Assembly: GCA_965153355.1 (NCBI GenBank)
Contig: OZ231126.1
Coordinates: forward strand, 15,128,001 to 15,192,000
DNA from: Flaccisagitta enflata
Lineage: Eukaryota
Direction: 5' to 3'
DNA: 64,000 nt
Below, one piece after another: positions 1-12,815 of this stretch (position 1 is its first letter; each line of letters begins with the position of its first letter). Below the pieces are notes generated by a model that had not been told where the DNA came from, ran no database searches, and worked only from the letters and a program-made list of their open reading frames with translations. The translations under genes were made by a program, and so were the position numbers.

Positions 1-119
1 TACATTGGAGGAGTCAGTGACTTTGGTTGATTTGAAGAAACACAACAGGCCAGTCTATTAAAATAAAAACCTATAATAGTAGTATTTTGCACACAATATT
101 TAGCTCGTATCTTGCTTAT

Positions 120-1831
120 AGTTTCTGTGGGTTGATATCCATTGGTTGTTTTCTGTTTTTTTCTGGTTGACTTTTTCTGGTTGTATTTTGCTGGTTGTGT
201 TTCTCTTGTTGTATTTCACTGGTTAGCAATGCTGCTCTGCTGGGGCTGCTGCTACTAGATGATATTTTGAGAATTTTTCTGAATATAATTGCTGTGCTTT
301 ATGATTTTTGCTGCTGAAAAAGTCACCCTGACAAAGTCACCCTGATAAAAATCACCCTGAAAAAAATCCCCCTGAGAAAGTGAATTAGTGGTTGACTATT
401 ATCCGAATTTCTGGCAGGCTTTCTGGTGAACAATTTGTTGATATTCTGGTTGACACTTCGGTTGACCTTCTAGTAAATCTTTCTTGCCTTATCACCAGTT
501 AATATGAAAATGCACAGTCAACCAAATTGTCATCCACTGATGCATGGCGATGTTTGAGGTGGGCATAGATTTTTGTTTTCTGCCTCAAGTATCTAAATGT
601 GACGGTTATTATCATGCTTTGGTCAACTAAATTTCTTTTATATTTGAGAGGTTAGAATTTTTATTATTATCTTGAAAAAGACTAAATCGGAGGCTCACTT
701 TGATCCAGCTCCGTGTATTCTGCCATTCTCATGGAGAACCGCCTGACCACACTGGTGTTGAGGTACTTATATTTGAAATATTGTTGAATCTTGCCATAAT
801 GAATGTCAAGTGACTAAGTAATTCTGAATGTTATAGTTAGATTCTGTCACTCTGATCCATTACAACATAGTGAAACTGCATTATCAACTGGGGCTGAATG
901 CTTAGGTCTGAAATGCATGTTTACTATCAGCTGGTGACACACATTCTCGGTAAAGTTGACTTTTCTGGTATAAATTCTCTAGTTGACTCTCTGTGGTTCT
1001 CTCTGGTTGACTTTGGTTGTATTTTTTTGGTTGTATTTTTTTTGGTTGTATTTTTCTGGTTGTATTTTTCTGGTGTTAGTGCTGCTCTGCTGGGGCTGCT
1101 GCTGCAAAATCATTTGTTGGTTCATTTTCTTAATGAAATTGCTGCGCTGTATGACTGCTGCTGCGTAAATCCCCCTTTAAACCCCTGCCTTATAGCCCCA
1201 ACCATCCTTAAATACCTACCTTAATATTATAATAAAGCAGCAGCAGCAGCATATCAAAATTTGTTCCTAAGGAAAATACAACCAGCAGCAGCCCAGCAGC
1301 CTTCAAAGGGACTCTAAAGAAGAGTACAACCAGAGCTATTAAAGATAATACAACCAGTGTTTCTAAGAGAAAAACAACCAGAGATTCATTCCATAATACA
1401 ACCAGTGCTTCTAAGATAAAAACAACCATAATATCTGAGAGATATAACCAGAGTTTCTTTGAGAGATACATTCAGAGAGTTGACCAGAGATATATTCAGA
1501 GAGTCGACAAGAGATACAACCAGTTGGTAGGAAATGCAACCAGAGATTCTATGAGAAATACAACCAGATAGTCTACAAGAAATACAACCAGAGTCAATGG
1601 AAAATACAACCAGGGTTAATGAGAAATACAACCAGAGAGTCTATGAGAAAAACAACCAGAGAGTCTATGAGAAATACAACCAGAAAGTCTATGAGAAATA
1701 CAACCAGCGACTCTATGAGAAATACAACCTGAGAGTCTTTGAAAAATACAACCAGATAGTCTATGAGAAATACAACCAGAGAGTCTATGAGAAATACAAC
1801 CAGAGAGTCTATGAGAACTACAACTAGAGAG
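120..1831. repeat. Fold-back satellite, left part: CTGGTTGTA array, GCTGCT core, then TACAACCAG 24-bp array
   Basis: The 24-bp unit is GAGAAATACAACCAGAGAGTCTAT. Positions 960-1830 are duplicated at about 6210-7090. Confidence 0.85.
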
Positions 1832-2499
1832 TAGACGTCGGGAAATTATCAAAAAGTGGTGAACACCCCTCAACCACCGGCTTAAAAGACGACCAGATGT
1901 GTTGTTATGATATAACAATCATAAAAAGTCCTTAACTTTTAATATCCTGTCAACGGAAAAAATAATGCATCAAGGACTACAAGCCAGAATAGATTGACCA
2001 TGTAATTTTCCAGATTTTTAATAAAATCTACTTTTATGCATGGATAAGCTTCTTCCTTTGAAGAGAAAATCAAAGCGGACTACCCTTAGCGATGTAGATT
2101 TCTATGGAGAATCCAAATTTTAGGTCAAAAAAACTTTTTGACAACGGTAAATGGCAAAAAAATGACGTCAAAATTGCGCGCGTCACTTCCGGTTAGCGGA
2201 AAAATGCTTTTTTTAAGACTAGTTAAGTAGGAGCGCATGCTGGAAAGTGGTTCAGAATGTATTTTCAGTCGTGTGCTACGCGAATCTACACTCCGCTTTG
2301 TCCGTCCGTCCGTCTATCCGTCAGTTGGTCAGTCAGTCAGTCCTCTTTCTTTTTTGCCGCATTTTTGAGCTTTTTTAGTTCACTGCTACTGCCTAAATTA
2401 CCCAAGTGACCTTTTTTATCAATGCCCCTGCCCACTTGCACGCAAATGGGGCAGCCGTGTATCCAGCCTGGCTTTGTAAAACAGGAGTCTCCATAAGTA

Positions 2500-3037
2500 A
2501 TCGAATGCTACTCCCAAGCAATGCGCCACATTTGGTTTGGCTAAAAACGCTTTGAATAATGATTTTTTTCGTCATCTCGCTTCTCTTTTTGTTGTAACTT
2601 GCGTCAAAATGTTTTTTGCAGACTGCAATGCGGACTGCAATTCTTTGACAAGAACGTGGCTCTGTCGATCCCCAACTCACAAATGCTGCGAAGCTCTGTC
2701 TATTCAACAAGTAAAGCGGGGTCACAATATCGTTGCGGACGGGTGGACAGAGGCAGGGGCAAAAACGCGTTTCTTCCCGCTAAACGCGATTTCAGCATGA
2801 ACACATATTCTTGAGTTTCAACCATCCCTCGAGGGAGTGAGCGAAGTGAGTGAGCGAGCCTGTGAACGGAGCAAGCAAGCAAGCATAGCGAAGCAAGCGT
2901 AGTGAAGCAAAGCGCTGCTGAGGGAGTGGTGCGAGCGAACAAACGTAGTGAACAACCGAGTTTCCCGTTAAAAAAGCTTTCTCTCTCTTTCTCTCTTTCT
3001 GTCTCTGTCTCTGTCTGTGTCTCTGTCTCTGTCTCTG

Positions 3038-3136
<99 letters not shown>

Positions 3137-3530
3137 TTTTTTTAGTCGCGGACACGTGACTCTACACTTTGCTGTGTCGGACATTCGGTCCCACAACTTT
3201 TTTAAATCGCGAACATTTTTTGCATTTCCGCCCCCGCCCAACCGTCCGCGACTGTCCTGCCGTGTATCAGGCCTTTTTTTTTTTGCCACACTCCGACTCA
3301 ACTACAGCTGGCTCAATGAACCAATTGAAACCTGGTCGGAGCACCCCAATTACCAGAAACTGCAAAAATTTGCTCATTATTTTCCAGAAGACAATACTGC
3401 AACTGAGCGTATGATCCGGCGCATGTTTCTCTATCGCAACTACCAAATGCGATGTGAAGACCACTCTCAAGCAACGCTTGTCGTTGTGGGAGCCGCCATT
3501 GTTAAACTTCATACCCGTGCACGCAAGACA
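2500..3530 (+). pseudogene. Transposase remnant, C-terminal part, split by HINE insertions
   Basis: The peptide WLNEPIETWSEHPNYQKLQKFAHYFPEDNTATERMIR (about 3308-3420) resembles the W...Y...VxNDxAER tail I recall for hATm-type transposases. The upstream fragments PSNAPHLVWLK and HLASLFVVTCVKMFF resemble the HxARW and YVKxWF regions. This is recognition from memory, not a search. Confidence 0.55.
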
Positions 3531-4133
3531 AAATAGTCGCAAAAGCGTCAGATCATTAGCGGAATCCGTGCCCTGCCTGAGTAGGTTGTGCTTGAAGTTG
3601 AAAAGGAAGCAGTGCAATGGCTCAAAAAGGGTCGATGACCGATGCTTTCACAGATATGGAAAATTTTATCCTCCTCCTTCTCCTCCGTCCCCCCCCCTCA
3701 AATCCCAGTCTCGAGGACCATATTCCAATCTTGAGGCCCAAATCCCAGGCTTGAGACCCTAATCCCAGTCTTGAGGCCCTAATTCTAGCCTCAAGACCCA
3801 AATCCTAACCTGGAGACCAAGATCCCAGCCTTGAGGCCTAGATCTTAGCTTTGAGGTTAAGATCTGGGCCATTTGGCTGGGATTTGGACCTTGAGGCAGA
3901 GATTTGGGCCTCAAAGCTGAGATTTGGGCCTCCAGGCTAGGATATGGGCCATGAGGCTAGTATTAGGGCCTCAAGACAGGATTCAGCGTCTTGAGCCTGG
4001 GATTTGGGCCTCAAGACTGGAATTTGGGCCTCGAGACTGGGATATATGGGGGGGGGGAGGGAGAAGGAGGAGAAAATTCCCCATATGTGTGAAAGCGTAA
4101 GTCATCGACCCCTTCGGGGCCGCAGTCCAAAAA
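3530..4133 (-). mobile_element. HINE-like element, long-subTIR family B
   Basis: The end ...CCCTTCGGGGCCGCAGTCCAAAAA is shared with the copies at 29.6 kb and 43 kb. It has internal inverted GAGGCC/GGCCTC repeats of about 21 bp. Confidence 0.6.
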
Positions 4134-4954
4134 GGACTAATCAAGGGGTTTGGTCAAAAAGATACGGGTTGAGCATTGTTTTAATTGTATTGTATTTCGA
4201 ACTTTTTATTCATACTTAAACTAATGTTTTGAAAGTTGCATTCATTCATATCTAATGAAATACTGATTACATTTTGAAATACTGATGAAATATCGATGAA
4301 ATCTACAAAAGAAAAAGAAAAAACCATGATTCATCTGTTCTTAGTTTGTTTGTTTTTTGTTTTTTGTCACTCATCAAAGTATTGAAAGCTTTTTGGTTCA
4401 TACTCGCAACTTTGAGAGGCTTTGTATGTCGGTCTGTCAATCTGTCTGTCAAAAAGTGTAAACATGAGCATCCATGTGAGTTTTTAGAGGGGTACACGCC
4501 CGTTTCCCCCTTGTTTGTGACGGTATTGTAACCCCGCATAACCTTTTTTCGCGCCATACATCATTCAGTCTTACATTTTTGCCAATTTTCTTTGAGAAAA
4601 ATGTTTTTAGTCGTGTGCTACGCGACTCTACATCCCGCTTTGTTTGTCCGTCGGTCAGTCGGTGGTCCCGTTTTTTCGGCGTTTTGAAGCTCAGAGCTCC
4701 TTCCAAAACGTCATTGTAAGTCATTTAAAGTAATTTTAAGTCATTCTAAGTCATTTTTAGTCATATTATGTCACTCCAGTCAATCACGTCAACTTAGTCA
4801 TTTAGGTTTTTATTGTTTTTTACAGTCAATTTACGTCATCTTAAGTTATTCATGTCCCGCACGCGACTTATAGGCGTTGACCTTGTTTTAAACCGGAAGT
4901 GACGTCGCTTGAGAGGATGTATACAAAAAAGCTGGCTTTACGTGTGTCTGTTGG

Positions 4955-5242
4955 TTTTAGGTTGCGGACACGCAACTCTAAAAGAGGCTTTGTCCGTCTG
5001 TCGTTCGATCCGTCGTTCGGTCCGTTGGTCCGTCCGTCGGTCCGTCCGTCCGTCGGTCCGTCCGTCAGTCGGTTCTACCGTCTGTCCGTCCGTCTGTAAC
5101 GCACAAGTCAAAATGTGGAAAAACTAGCTTTTTAGATGCTTCTTTGGGTATGTGTGTTGGTGGGGGGGCATGGGGTGTGGATGGGGGTTGGGTGCCCCTG
5201 CCCACCCGTCCGCAACAATATTGTGACCCCTCGTCACTTGTT
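4955..5242 (+). mobile_element. DINE-1/HINE-like non-autonomous Helentron, family A
   Basis: It has a 5' T-run plus the hairpin GTTGCGGACACGCAAC, then (GTCC)n, the 3' subTIR GTCCGCAAC and a 3' GTGAC...GTCAC hairpin. There is no TSD. Confidence 0.75.
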
Positions 5243-5673
5243 ACTACCTAGAATTGTATATGTAACCACTTTTGCTTATGCGCTTGGTCTGAAAATCAGC
5301 AATGTCACCATAACCGGAAGTGGCGCGCCGATAAAAGGCGTCATTTTGCACCATCTAGCGTCAGTCAAACTCATTTTTGACGCCAGATTTGGATTCTACG
5401 TGGAAAATTTTGTTAGATACTCTGAAAAATTTAAATTTTTGCCCAAGAAACATAAGCTATTGCAGAGATATAAAAGAATTTGTCGAAAGATTCATCTAAA
5501 AAGTTAATCAATTTGCTCTGGCGTGTAGACCTTGATGCACTATTTTTTCCGTTGACAGGATACCAAAAGTTAAGGACTTTTTATGATTGTTTTATAATGA
5601 CAACACATCTGGTCATCTTTTAAGCCGGTGGTTGAGGGGTTTTCACCACTTTTTGATAATTTCCCGACGTCTA

Positions 5674-8600
5674 ACCAGAGAGTCTATGAGAAATACAACC
5701 AGCGAGTCTATGAGAAATACAACCAGCGAGTCTATGAGAAATACAACCAGCGAGTCTATGAGAAATACAACCAGCGATTCTATGAGAAATACAACCTGAG
5801 AGACTATGAAAAATACAACCAGAGAGTCTATGAGAGATACAACCAGAGAGTCGAAGGAAAATACAACCAAGGTTAATGAGAAACACAACCAGAGAGTCTA
5901 TGAGAAATACAACCAGAGAGTCTATGAGAAATACAACCAGAGAGTCTAAGAGAAATACAACCAGGAATTCTAAAAAAAAAACAACCATTAGTTGTATTGA
6001 GCATTCTCTGGTTTACTTTCTCTGGTTGACTTTCTCTGATTGACTTTTTGCGGTTGTATTTTTCTGGTTGTATTTATTTATACAACTATTGGTTGAATTC
6101 CGCTTTCTTCGATTAAATTTTTCTGGTTTGAATTATCTGGTTGACTTTCTGTGGTTCTTTGGTCTGTCCGTAATGATCAAGTTGAGATGTATTCTTTCTC
6201 TGGTTAAATTTTTCTGGTATAAATTCTCTGGTTGACTCTCTGTAGATCTCTCTGGTTGACGTTGTTTGGTTGTATTTTTTTGGTTGTATTTATCTGGTTG
6301 TATTTTTCTGGTTGTATTTTTCTGGTTGTATTTTTCTGGTGTTAGTGCTGCTCTGCTGGGGCTGCTGCTACAAAATCATTTGTTGGTTCGTTTTCTTAAT
6401 GAAATTGCTGCGCTGTATGACTGCTGCTGCGTAAATCCCCCTTTAAACCCCTGCCTTATAGCCCCAACCATCCTTATATACCTACCTTAATATTATAATA
6501 AAGCAGCAGCAGCAGCATATCAAAATTTGTTCCTAAGGAAAATACAACCAGCAGCAGCCCAGCAGCCTTCAAAGGGACTCTAAAGAAGAATACAACCAGA
6601 GCTTTTAAAGATAATACAACCAGTGTTTCTAAGAGAAAAACAACCAGAGATTCATTCCATAATACAACCAGTGCTTCTAAGATAAAAACAACCATAATAT
6701 CTGAAAGATATAACCAGAGTTTCTTTGAGAGATACATTCAGAGAGTTGGCCAGAGATATATTCAGAGAGTCGACAAGAGATACAACCAGTTGGTAAGAAA
6801 TGCAACCAGAGATTCTATGAGAAATACAACCAGATAGTCTACAAGAAATACAACCAGAGTCAATGGAAAATACAACTAGGGTTAATCAGAAATACAACCA
6901 GAGAGTCTATGAGAAAATCAACCAGAGAGTCTATGAGAAATACAACCAGAAAGTCTATGAGAAATACAACCAGCGACTCTATGAGAAATACAACCTGAGA
7001 GTCTTTGAAAAATACAACCAGATAGTCTATGAGAAATACAACCAGAGAGTCTATGAGAAATACAACCAGAGAGTCTATGAGAAATACAACCAGAGAGTCT
7101 ATGAGAAATACAACCAGAAAGTCTTAAGAGAAATACAACCAGCAAGTCTATGAGAAATACAGCCAGGAGTCTATGAGAAATACAACCAGAGAGTCTTTCA
7201 TAATACAACCAGTGTTTCTAAAAGAAAAACAACCAGAGCTTCATTCCATAATACAACCAGTGCTTCTAAGATAAAAACAACCATAATATCTGAGAGATAT
7301 AACTTAAGTGGCTAAGAGATACAACCAGAGTTTCTTTGAGAGATACATTCAGAGACTTGACCAGAGATAATTCAGTGAGTCGACGAGAGATACAACCAGT
7401 TGGTAAGAAATGCAACCAGAGATTCTATGGGAAATACAACCAGATAGTCTACAAGAAATACAACCAGAGAGTCAAAGGAAAATACAACCAGGGTTAATGA
7501 GAAATACAACCAGAGAGTCTATGAGAAATACAACCAGAGAGTCTATTCTTTCCATAATACAACCAGTGCTTCTAGAATAAAAACAACCATGATATCTGGG
7601 AGATATAACAAGAGTGGCTGTGAAATACAGCCAGAGTTTCTATGAAAAATACAACCAGAGAGTCTATGAGAGATACAACGAGAGTCTATGAGAGAGAAAA
7701 CCAGAGAGTCTATGAGAGAGAAAACCAGAGAGTCTATGAGAGATACAACCAGAGAGTCTATTAGAGATACAACCAGCCAGTCTATGCAAAATACAACCAG
7801 CGAGTCTAGGAGAAATACAACCAGCGAGTCTAGGAGAAATACAACCAGCGAGTCTAGGAGAAATACAACCAGCGAGTCTAGGAGAAATACAACCAGCGAG
7901 TCTAGGAGAAATACAACCAGCGAGTCTAGGAGAAATACAACCAGCGAGTCTATGAGAAATACAACCAGCGAGTCTAGGAGAAATACAACCAGCGAGTCTA
8001 GGAGAAATACAACCAGCGAGTCTAGGAGAAATACAACCAGCGAGTCTAGGAGAAATACAACCAGCGAGTCTAGGAGAAATACAACCAGCGAGTCTAGGAG
8101 AAATACAACCAGAGAGTCTAGGCGAAATACAACCAGAGAGTCTATGAGGAATACAACCAGAGGGTCTATGAGAAATACAACCATAGAGTCTATGAGAAAT
8201 ACAACCATAGAGTCTATGAGAAATACAGCCAGGGAATCTATGAGAAATACAACCAGTCTATGAGAAATACGAGTCTATGAGAGATTCAACTAAGTCGATG
8301 GAAAACACAAACAGAGAGTCAATAAGAAATACAAAATAAAAGTTTATGAAAATTCAACCAGAGTTATTAAGAAATACAACCAGTCTAGGCGAGACACAAC
8401 CAGGAATTCTGAAAAAAAAAAACAACCATTGGTTGTATTGAGCATTCTCTGTTTTACTTTCTCTGTTTGTATCTTTGGCTGTTTTTCTCTGGTTGTATTT
8501 CTCTGGTTGTATCTTTGGTTGTATTTCTCTGGTTGTATCTCCATGGTTGTATTTCTCTGGTTGTATCTCCATGGTTGTATTTCTCTGGTAATAACTCCGT

Positions 8601-9255
8601 GGTTGTATTTCTGATTATAACTCTGTGGCTTTATCTTTGGCTGTTTCTTCTTGGTTGTATTTATGTGGTTGTATCACCGTGGTTGTATTTTTCTGGTTGT
8701 ATTTTTCTGGTTGTATTTCTCTGGTTGTATTTCTCTAGTTGTATTTCTCTAGTTGTATTTCTCTAGTTGTATTTCTCTGGTTGTATTTCTCTGGTTGTAT
8801 TTCTCTGGTTGTATTTTCTTGGTTGTATTATTTTGGTTATATTTCTCTGGTTGTATCTCCCTGGTTGTATTTTCTTGGTTGTATTATATTGGTTGTATTT
8901 CTCTGGTTGTATTTCCCTAGTTGTATCTCCCTGGTTGTGTTTTCTTGGTTGTATTTTCTTGGTTGTATTTTCTTGGTTGTATTTTCTTGGTTGTATTTTC
9001 TTGGTTGTATTTTCTTGGTTGTATTTTCTTGGTTGTATTTTCTTGGTTGTATTTTCTTGGTTGTATTATCTTCGTTGTATTTCCCTGGTTGTATCTCCCT
9101 GGTTGTATTATCCTGGTTGTATTCTCTTGGTTGTATTCTCTTGGTTGTATTCTCTTGGTTGTATTTTCTTGGTTGTATTTTTCTGGTTGTATTTCCCTGG
9201 TTGTATTTTATTGGTTGTATTAACTTGGTTGTATTTTCTTGGTTGTATTTTGCTG
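5674..9255. repeat. Fold-back satellite, right part: alternating forward 24-bp TACAACCAG arrays and inverted CTGGTTGTATTT (about 15-bp) arrays
   Basis: Orientation flips at the palindromic junctions ACAACCATT(A/G)GTTGT (5981-5995, 8422-8436) and at the GCTGCT/CAGCAG core (about 6345-6570). Confidence 0.9.
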
Positions 9256-9339
9256 CCAGGATATAATGATATATTTCTTCATTTGTCTATCGATGCAACG
9301 ATCTAAGATTTGATATATTCCTACACCTTCCTCCTTCTT

Positions 9340-9635
9340 TTCATTTTTCTTTTTCTTTTTTCTTTTTCTTTTTCTTTTTCTTTTTCTTTTTGTTTTTCTT
9401 TTTCTTTTTTTTTTCTTTTTCTTTGTTTTTCTTTTTTTCTTTTTCTTTTTCTTTTCTTTCTTTTTCCTTTTCTTTTTCTTTTTCTTTTTCTTTTTCTTTT
9501 TCTTTTCTTTCTTTCTTTTTCTTTTTCTTTTTCTTTTTTTTTTCTTTTCTTTTCTTTTTCTTTTTCTTTTCTTTTCTTTTCTTTTTCTTTTTCTTTTTTT
9601 TTTTCCTTTTCTTCTCTTTTTCTTTTTCTTTTCCT
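9340..9635. repeat. (TTTTTC)n polypyrimidine microsatellite
   Basis: Seen directly in the sequence. Confidence 0.95.
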
Positions 9636-9989
9636 AAAGGACGCATCTATTGTTTGTCTATCAAACTTGTTTCAATTCTATTTTCCCTTTTCTTTCATCT
9701 TTCATTGGCATCTTGGGCAACGACCTAAGATAAACGCGCCACTATCCCTTCCCCCTCGCCTCTGCCCTTTACTTCAACTCGATGGCCCAGCCATTCACCT
9801 TAATTCAATAGGGCTAGATGTACGGGTGTCACTGACCAGTCTGACCATGTACAGATGTTGAGGGTCTTTCTTTCTTTATTCTTTCTTTTTTCTTTTACAT
9901 ACAATCTAGCTCACGCGTGTTCGCAGCAATTAGCCACCAAAATATTCCCCACCTCGTGAGACAGATAACCGCCAATCCATGAGCCGCAT

Positions 9990-10182
9990 ATTTTTAGTTG
10001 CGGACACGCAACTCTATAAGAGCCTTTGTCCGTCCGTCGGTCTGTCCGTCTGGGGTCATCGAGTTGAAAAGTGGGAAAACGAGCATTCAAGATACGTTTT
10101 GGGGATGGGATTGGGTGTGTATGGTGGTTGGATGCCCCTGCCCACACGTCCGCAACGATATTGTGACCCCGCGTCACTTGTT
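9990..10182 (+). mobile_element. HINE-like element, family A
   Basis: It has the same architecture and similar sequence to 4955-5242. Confidence 0.75.
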
Positions 10183-11167
10183 CTTCTCATTCTTCATTAT
10201 TGGGGTTACGAAGTGGTCTTACTCCTTTTACTTGCAATGCGTGCTGCATGACTCTGTGTACTTTTTCAGTCGGTTGGTCCATGTCAGTCGGTCAGTCACA
10301 AAACTGTTTTAAAGGCTTTTAAAACGTTTTCATGTTTCTGAATGGTAGAAGGAACTTTGAGGTAGACAGCCATTTCAAATATCTTTTTGAAAAAAAATGT
10401 TTGTCTGTCTGTCTGCCTGCCTTTTTTTGAAAGTGCCAACGCACGCGACTTAGGTCTAATGACCTTGTTCCACTTTCGCTTCAATTAAAGCATTTTTCCA
10501 TTTTGCCTCCGTTTCTTCGAGGCGAAATTTTTCACGGGTTTTTGGCACCAAAACAGCGACTTCGACAACGAGAAAAGTGTGGCAGGCCAGAACAGAAACC
10601 TTCGCTGATTAAAGATCCATCGCCAATCTTTTTCATTTTACCTATATATAACAAACAGTTACTCAAATATTCGTATCACATTGTTTTAAGATGGTTCTAT
10701 CAGTCCATCTTATGCACAAGGCAAGAAAACAAGACCAGATACACGGCAATCCAGTCTCGGACAGTTGGGTAGGAGCAGTAATGCAAAAACCGCTCGGAAT
10801 TCAGAAATATTACCAGCCGACCTACTGACCTAATGACCGACCGACACGGCAAGGTGTAGAGTCGCGCTTCCGCGACTAAAACCAAGCCACTACCGTAAAG
10901 TGTAATCACAAATCGATAGAAAAGAAAAAGTTCGAACAAATGGATGATCATGGAAATAGAACAAAGCCACATGAACGTTCTTTTCTACATCAAGAGGCGG
11001 GGACTAGAAATTCGATTTCCCCCGAAAAAAGTTAATTAGAGTTCGATTGTTAGATGTAGGAAAAACATTTGAAATTAACTAAGAAGCGTGTGTGTGGATC
11101 TGCGGTAGTCTTTCTCTAGAACCATTGCGAGTATCGGATTTCGCTCTTTTCGGCGGCTTCGCGGAGC

Positions 11168-11202
<35 letters not shown>

Positions 11203-11291
11203 GATTGGATTGGATTGGATATGATTGCTCATTACGTGATTAACACATCAACAATTATCAAAATTGTTTGAGCAATACAATTGTACCATAA

Positions 11292-12135
11292 TCGGGAAAA
11301 AAGTCGAAGTCAGTCTTCGACTTTTTGACATATTCGAGAGAATAAGGGTTTTCATTTTCTTATGGGAAAGTTGTGCATCACTTCCGGCTGATTGGTCCCT
11401 CGGACGAAATTGATGGGGTAAGTAAATTTGATAATTCTCTTTCATTTGGCAGCAAGCAGAATGCTCTACGACAAATATTTTTCGCGCTATGATTTTTTAA
11501 AGATTTATTTACGATAATTGATAATTGAATTTTTTTTTATTTTTTATGATTTTAAGTAGGATCAATAAAAGTGTATCTATGTTGTTGACCTTTATAAATG
11601 CAAGAAAACATGTTTTATGAGCATAGCTGCTTTCATCTCTTGAGGTGTTTTGAGCAGTCTAGCTCATTTAGCTCATTTAGCTCATTTTTTACTGATTTTT
11701 TACTGGATATATATTTTAATTCAATAAATGAATAAATATTTTGTTACATGTTTAAGCAAGCAGATACAAAAAAGTATGTCAGTGAGCTCAGTTGCTTATT
11801 TGTGAGGGTGTTTTTATGTATTCTAGCTCACTTGGCTCATTTAGCTCAGTCTTTTTTTCTGATCTTTAATGGGATAAATACATAAATGCAAATACAAGAA
11901 TGCATGTCAGTGAGCATAGCTGGTTGTGTGGTTGAGTGATTTTGAGCATTTTAACTCATCTAGCTCATTTGGCTCAGTCCTATATTTCTCGGATTAACAG
12001 TGCAACCAATACATGCAAGTGCTCTTGATTTGATCTAACAAGTAGAAAGATTTGCAGTGACTGAAAACAAAAGCTTGGTGAAAAATGACCAATGTTTACG
12101 ACTTTTTTCCTCACGGCGACAGCCGCCATTACTGG
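11292..12135 (+). mobile_element. Non-autonomous Helitron-like element, family H, copy 1
   Basis: It starts A|TCGGGAAAAAAGTCG and ends CGACTTTTTTCC, a GC hairpin and CTGG. It is homologous to 30791, 38815 and 47907. Confidence 0.8.
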
Positions 12136-12682
12136 CAAATAGTTCAGTCAAGAAGATAATAAATACAAGTAACAATTCAGGAGGTCGAAATACATAAATA
12201 TTTGTTCAGAAAGAAAATATTTACTTATTCAAGTAAGCAGGTACCGAGTGATTTGGGAATAGATTGTTTTTGAACAAATTCTTCTGAATAAGAAAATGGA
12301 TCTGAACAAAGGATTTTTTTTTCTGGTACCTTTTTGTACATCCATGGGTGGATCAATAAACGATTCGATAAGGCATTCTCACACTACACATTTCTATTCA
12401 GTATACATGGACCCATTTCCAGTTTTTGTGTTCCAAACTGAGTCTATTATATTTATAGTTTTTCTCATATCAACGAATCTGGGTTGTTTGAGAGAGAGAC
12501 AGACAAAGAGAGAGACAGAGACAGAGGCAGATAGACAGAGGCAGATAGACAGAGACAGACAGAGACAGACAGAGACAGACATACTGAAAAGCCGAGTATT
12601 CGATTGACACACAGGAACTAGAACAGGTAGAAATATGAACGGAGATGAAGATAAATCGAAACAAAGGCAGGTAAAGATTTAA

Positions 12683-12815
12683 AGAAACAAGGCCAAGTAG
12701 GCCAATAAGGTGCGACGTGTGGATCGTCGAACGAATGCGTTAAAGACCGACCAACAGACCAACAGACCAACAGACGGACACAGCCAGTTATAGAGGTGCT
12801 TTGTCGCACCTAAAA
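12683..12815 (-). mobile_element. HINE-like element, GGTGCGAC subfamily
   Basis: The 5' end is TTTTAGGTGCGACAAAGCACC, the 3' subTIR is GTCGCACCT and the hairpin is GGCCTACTTGGCC. A second copy lies at 33826-33937. Confidence 0.7.

Larger units (their letters stand above)
1832..5673 (+). mobile_element. Decayed hAT-superfamily (hATm-like) DNA transposon, 3.8 kb
   Basis: Imperfect TIRs of about 360 bp (TAGACGTCGGGAAATTATC... / ...GATAATTTCCCGACGTCTA). The 9-bp TSD is ACTAGAGAG / ACCAGAGAG. Internal transposase-like fragments are interrupted by younger insertions. Confidence 0.85.

Noticed and set aside
7543..9306. Hydrophobic repetitive ORFs resembling membrane proteins
   Set aside because: They are translations of satellite DNA.
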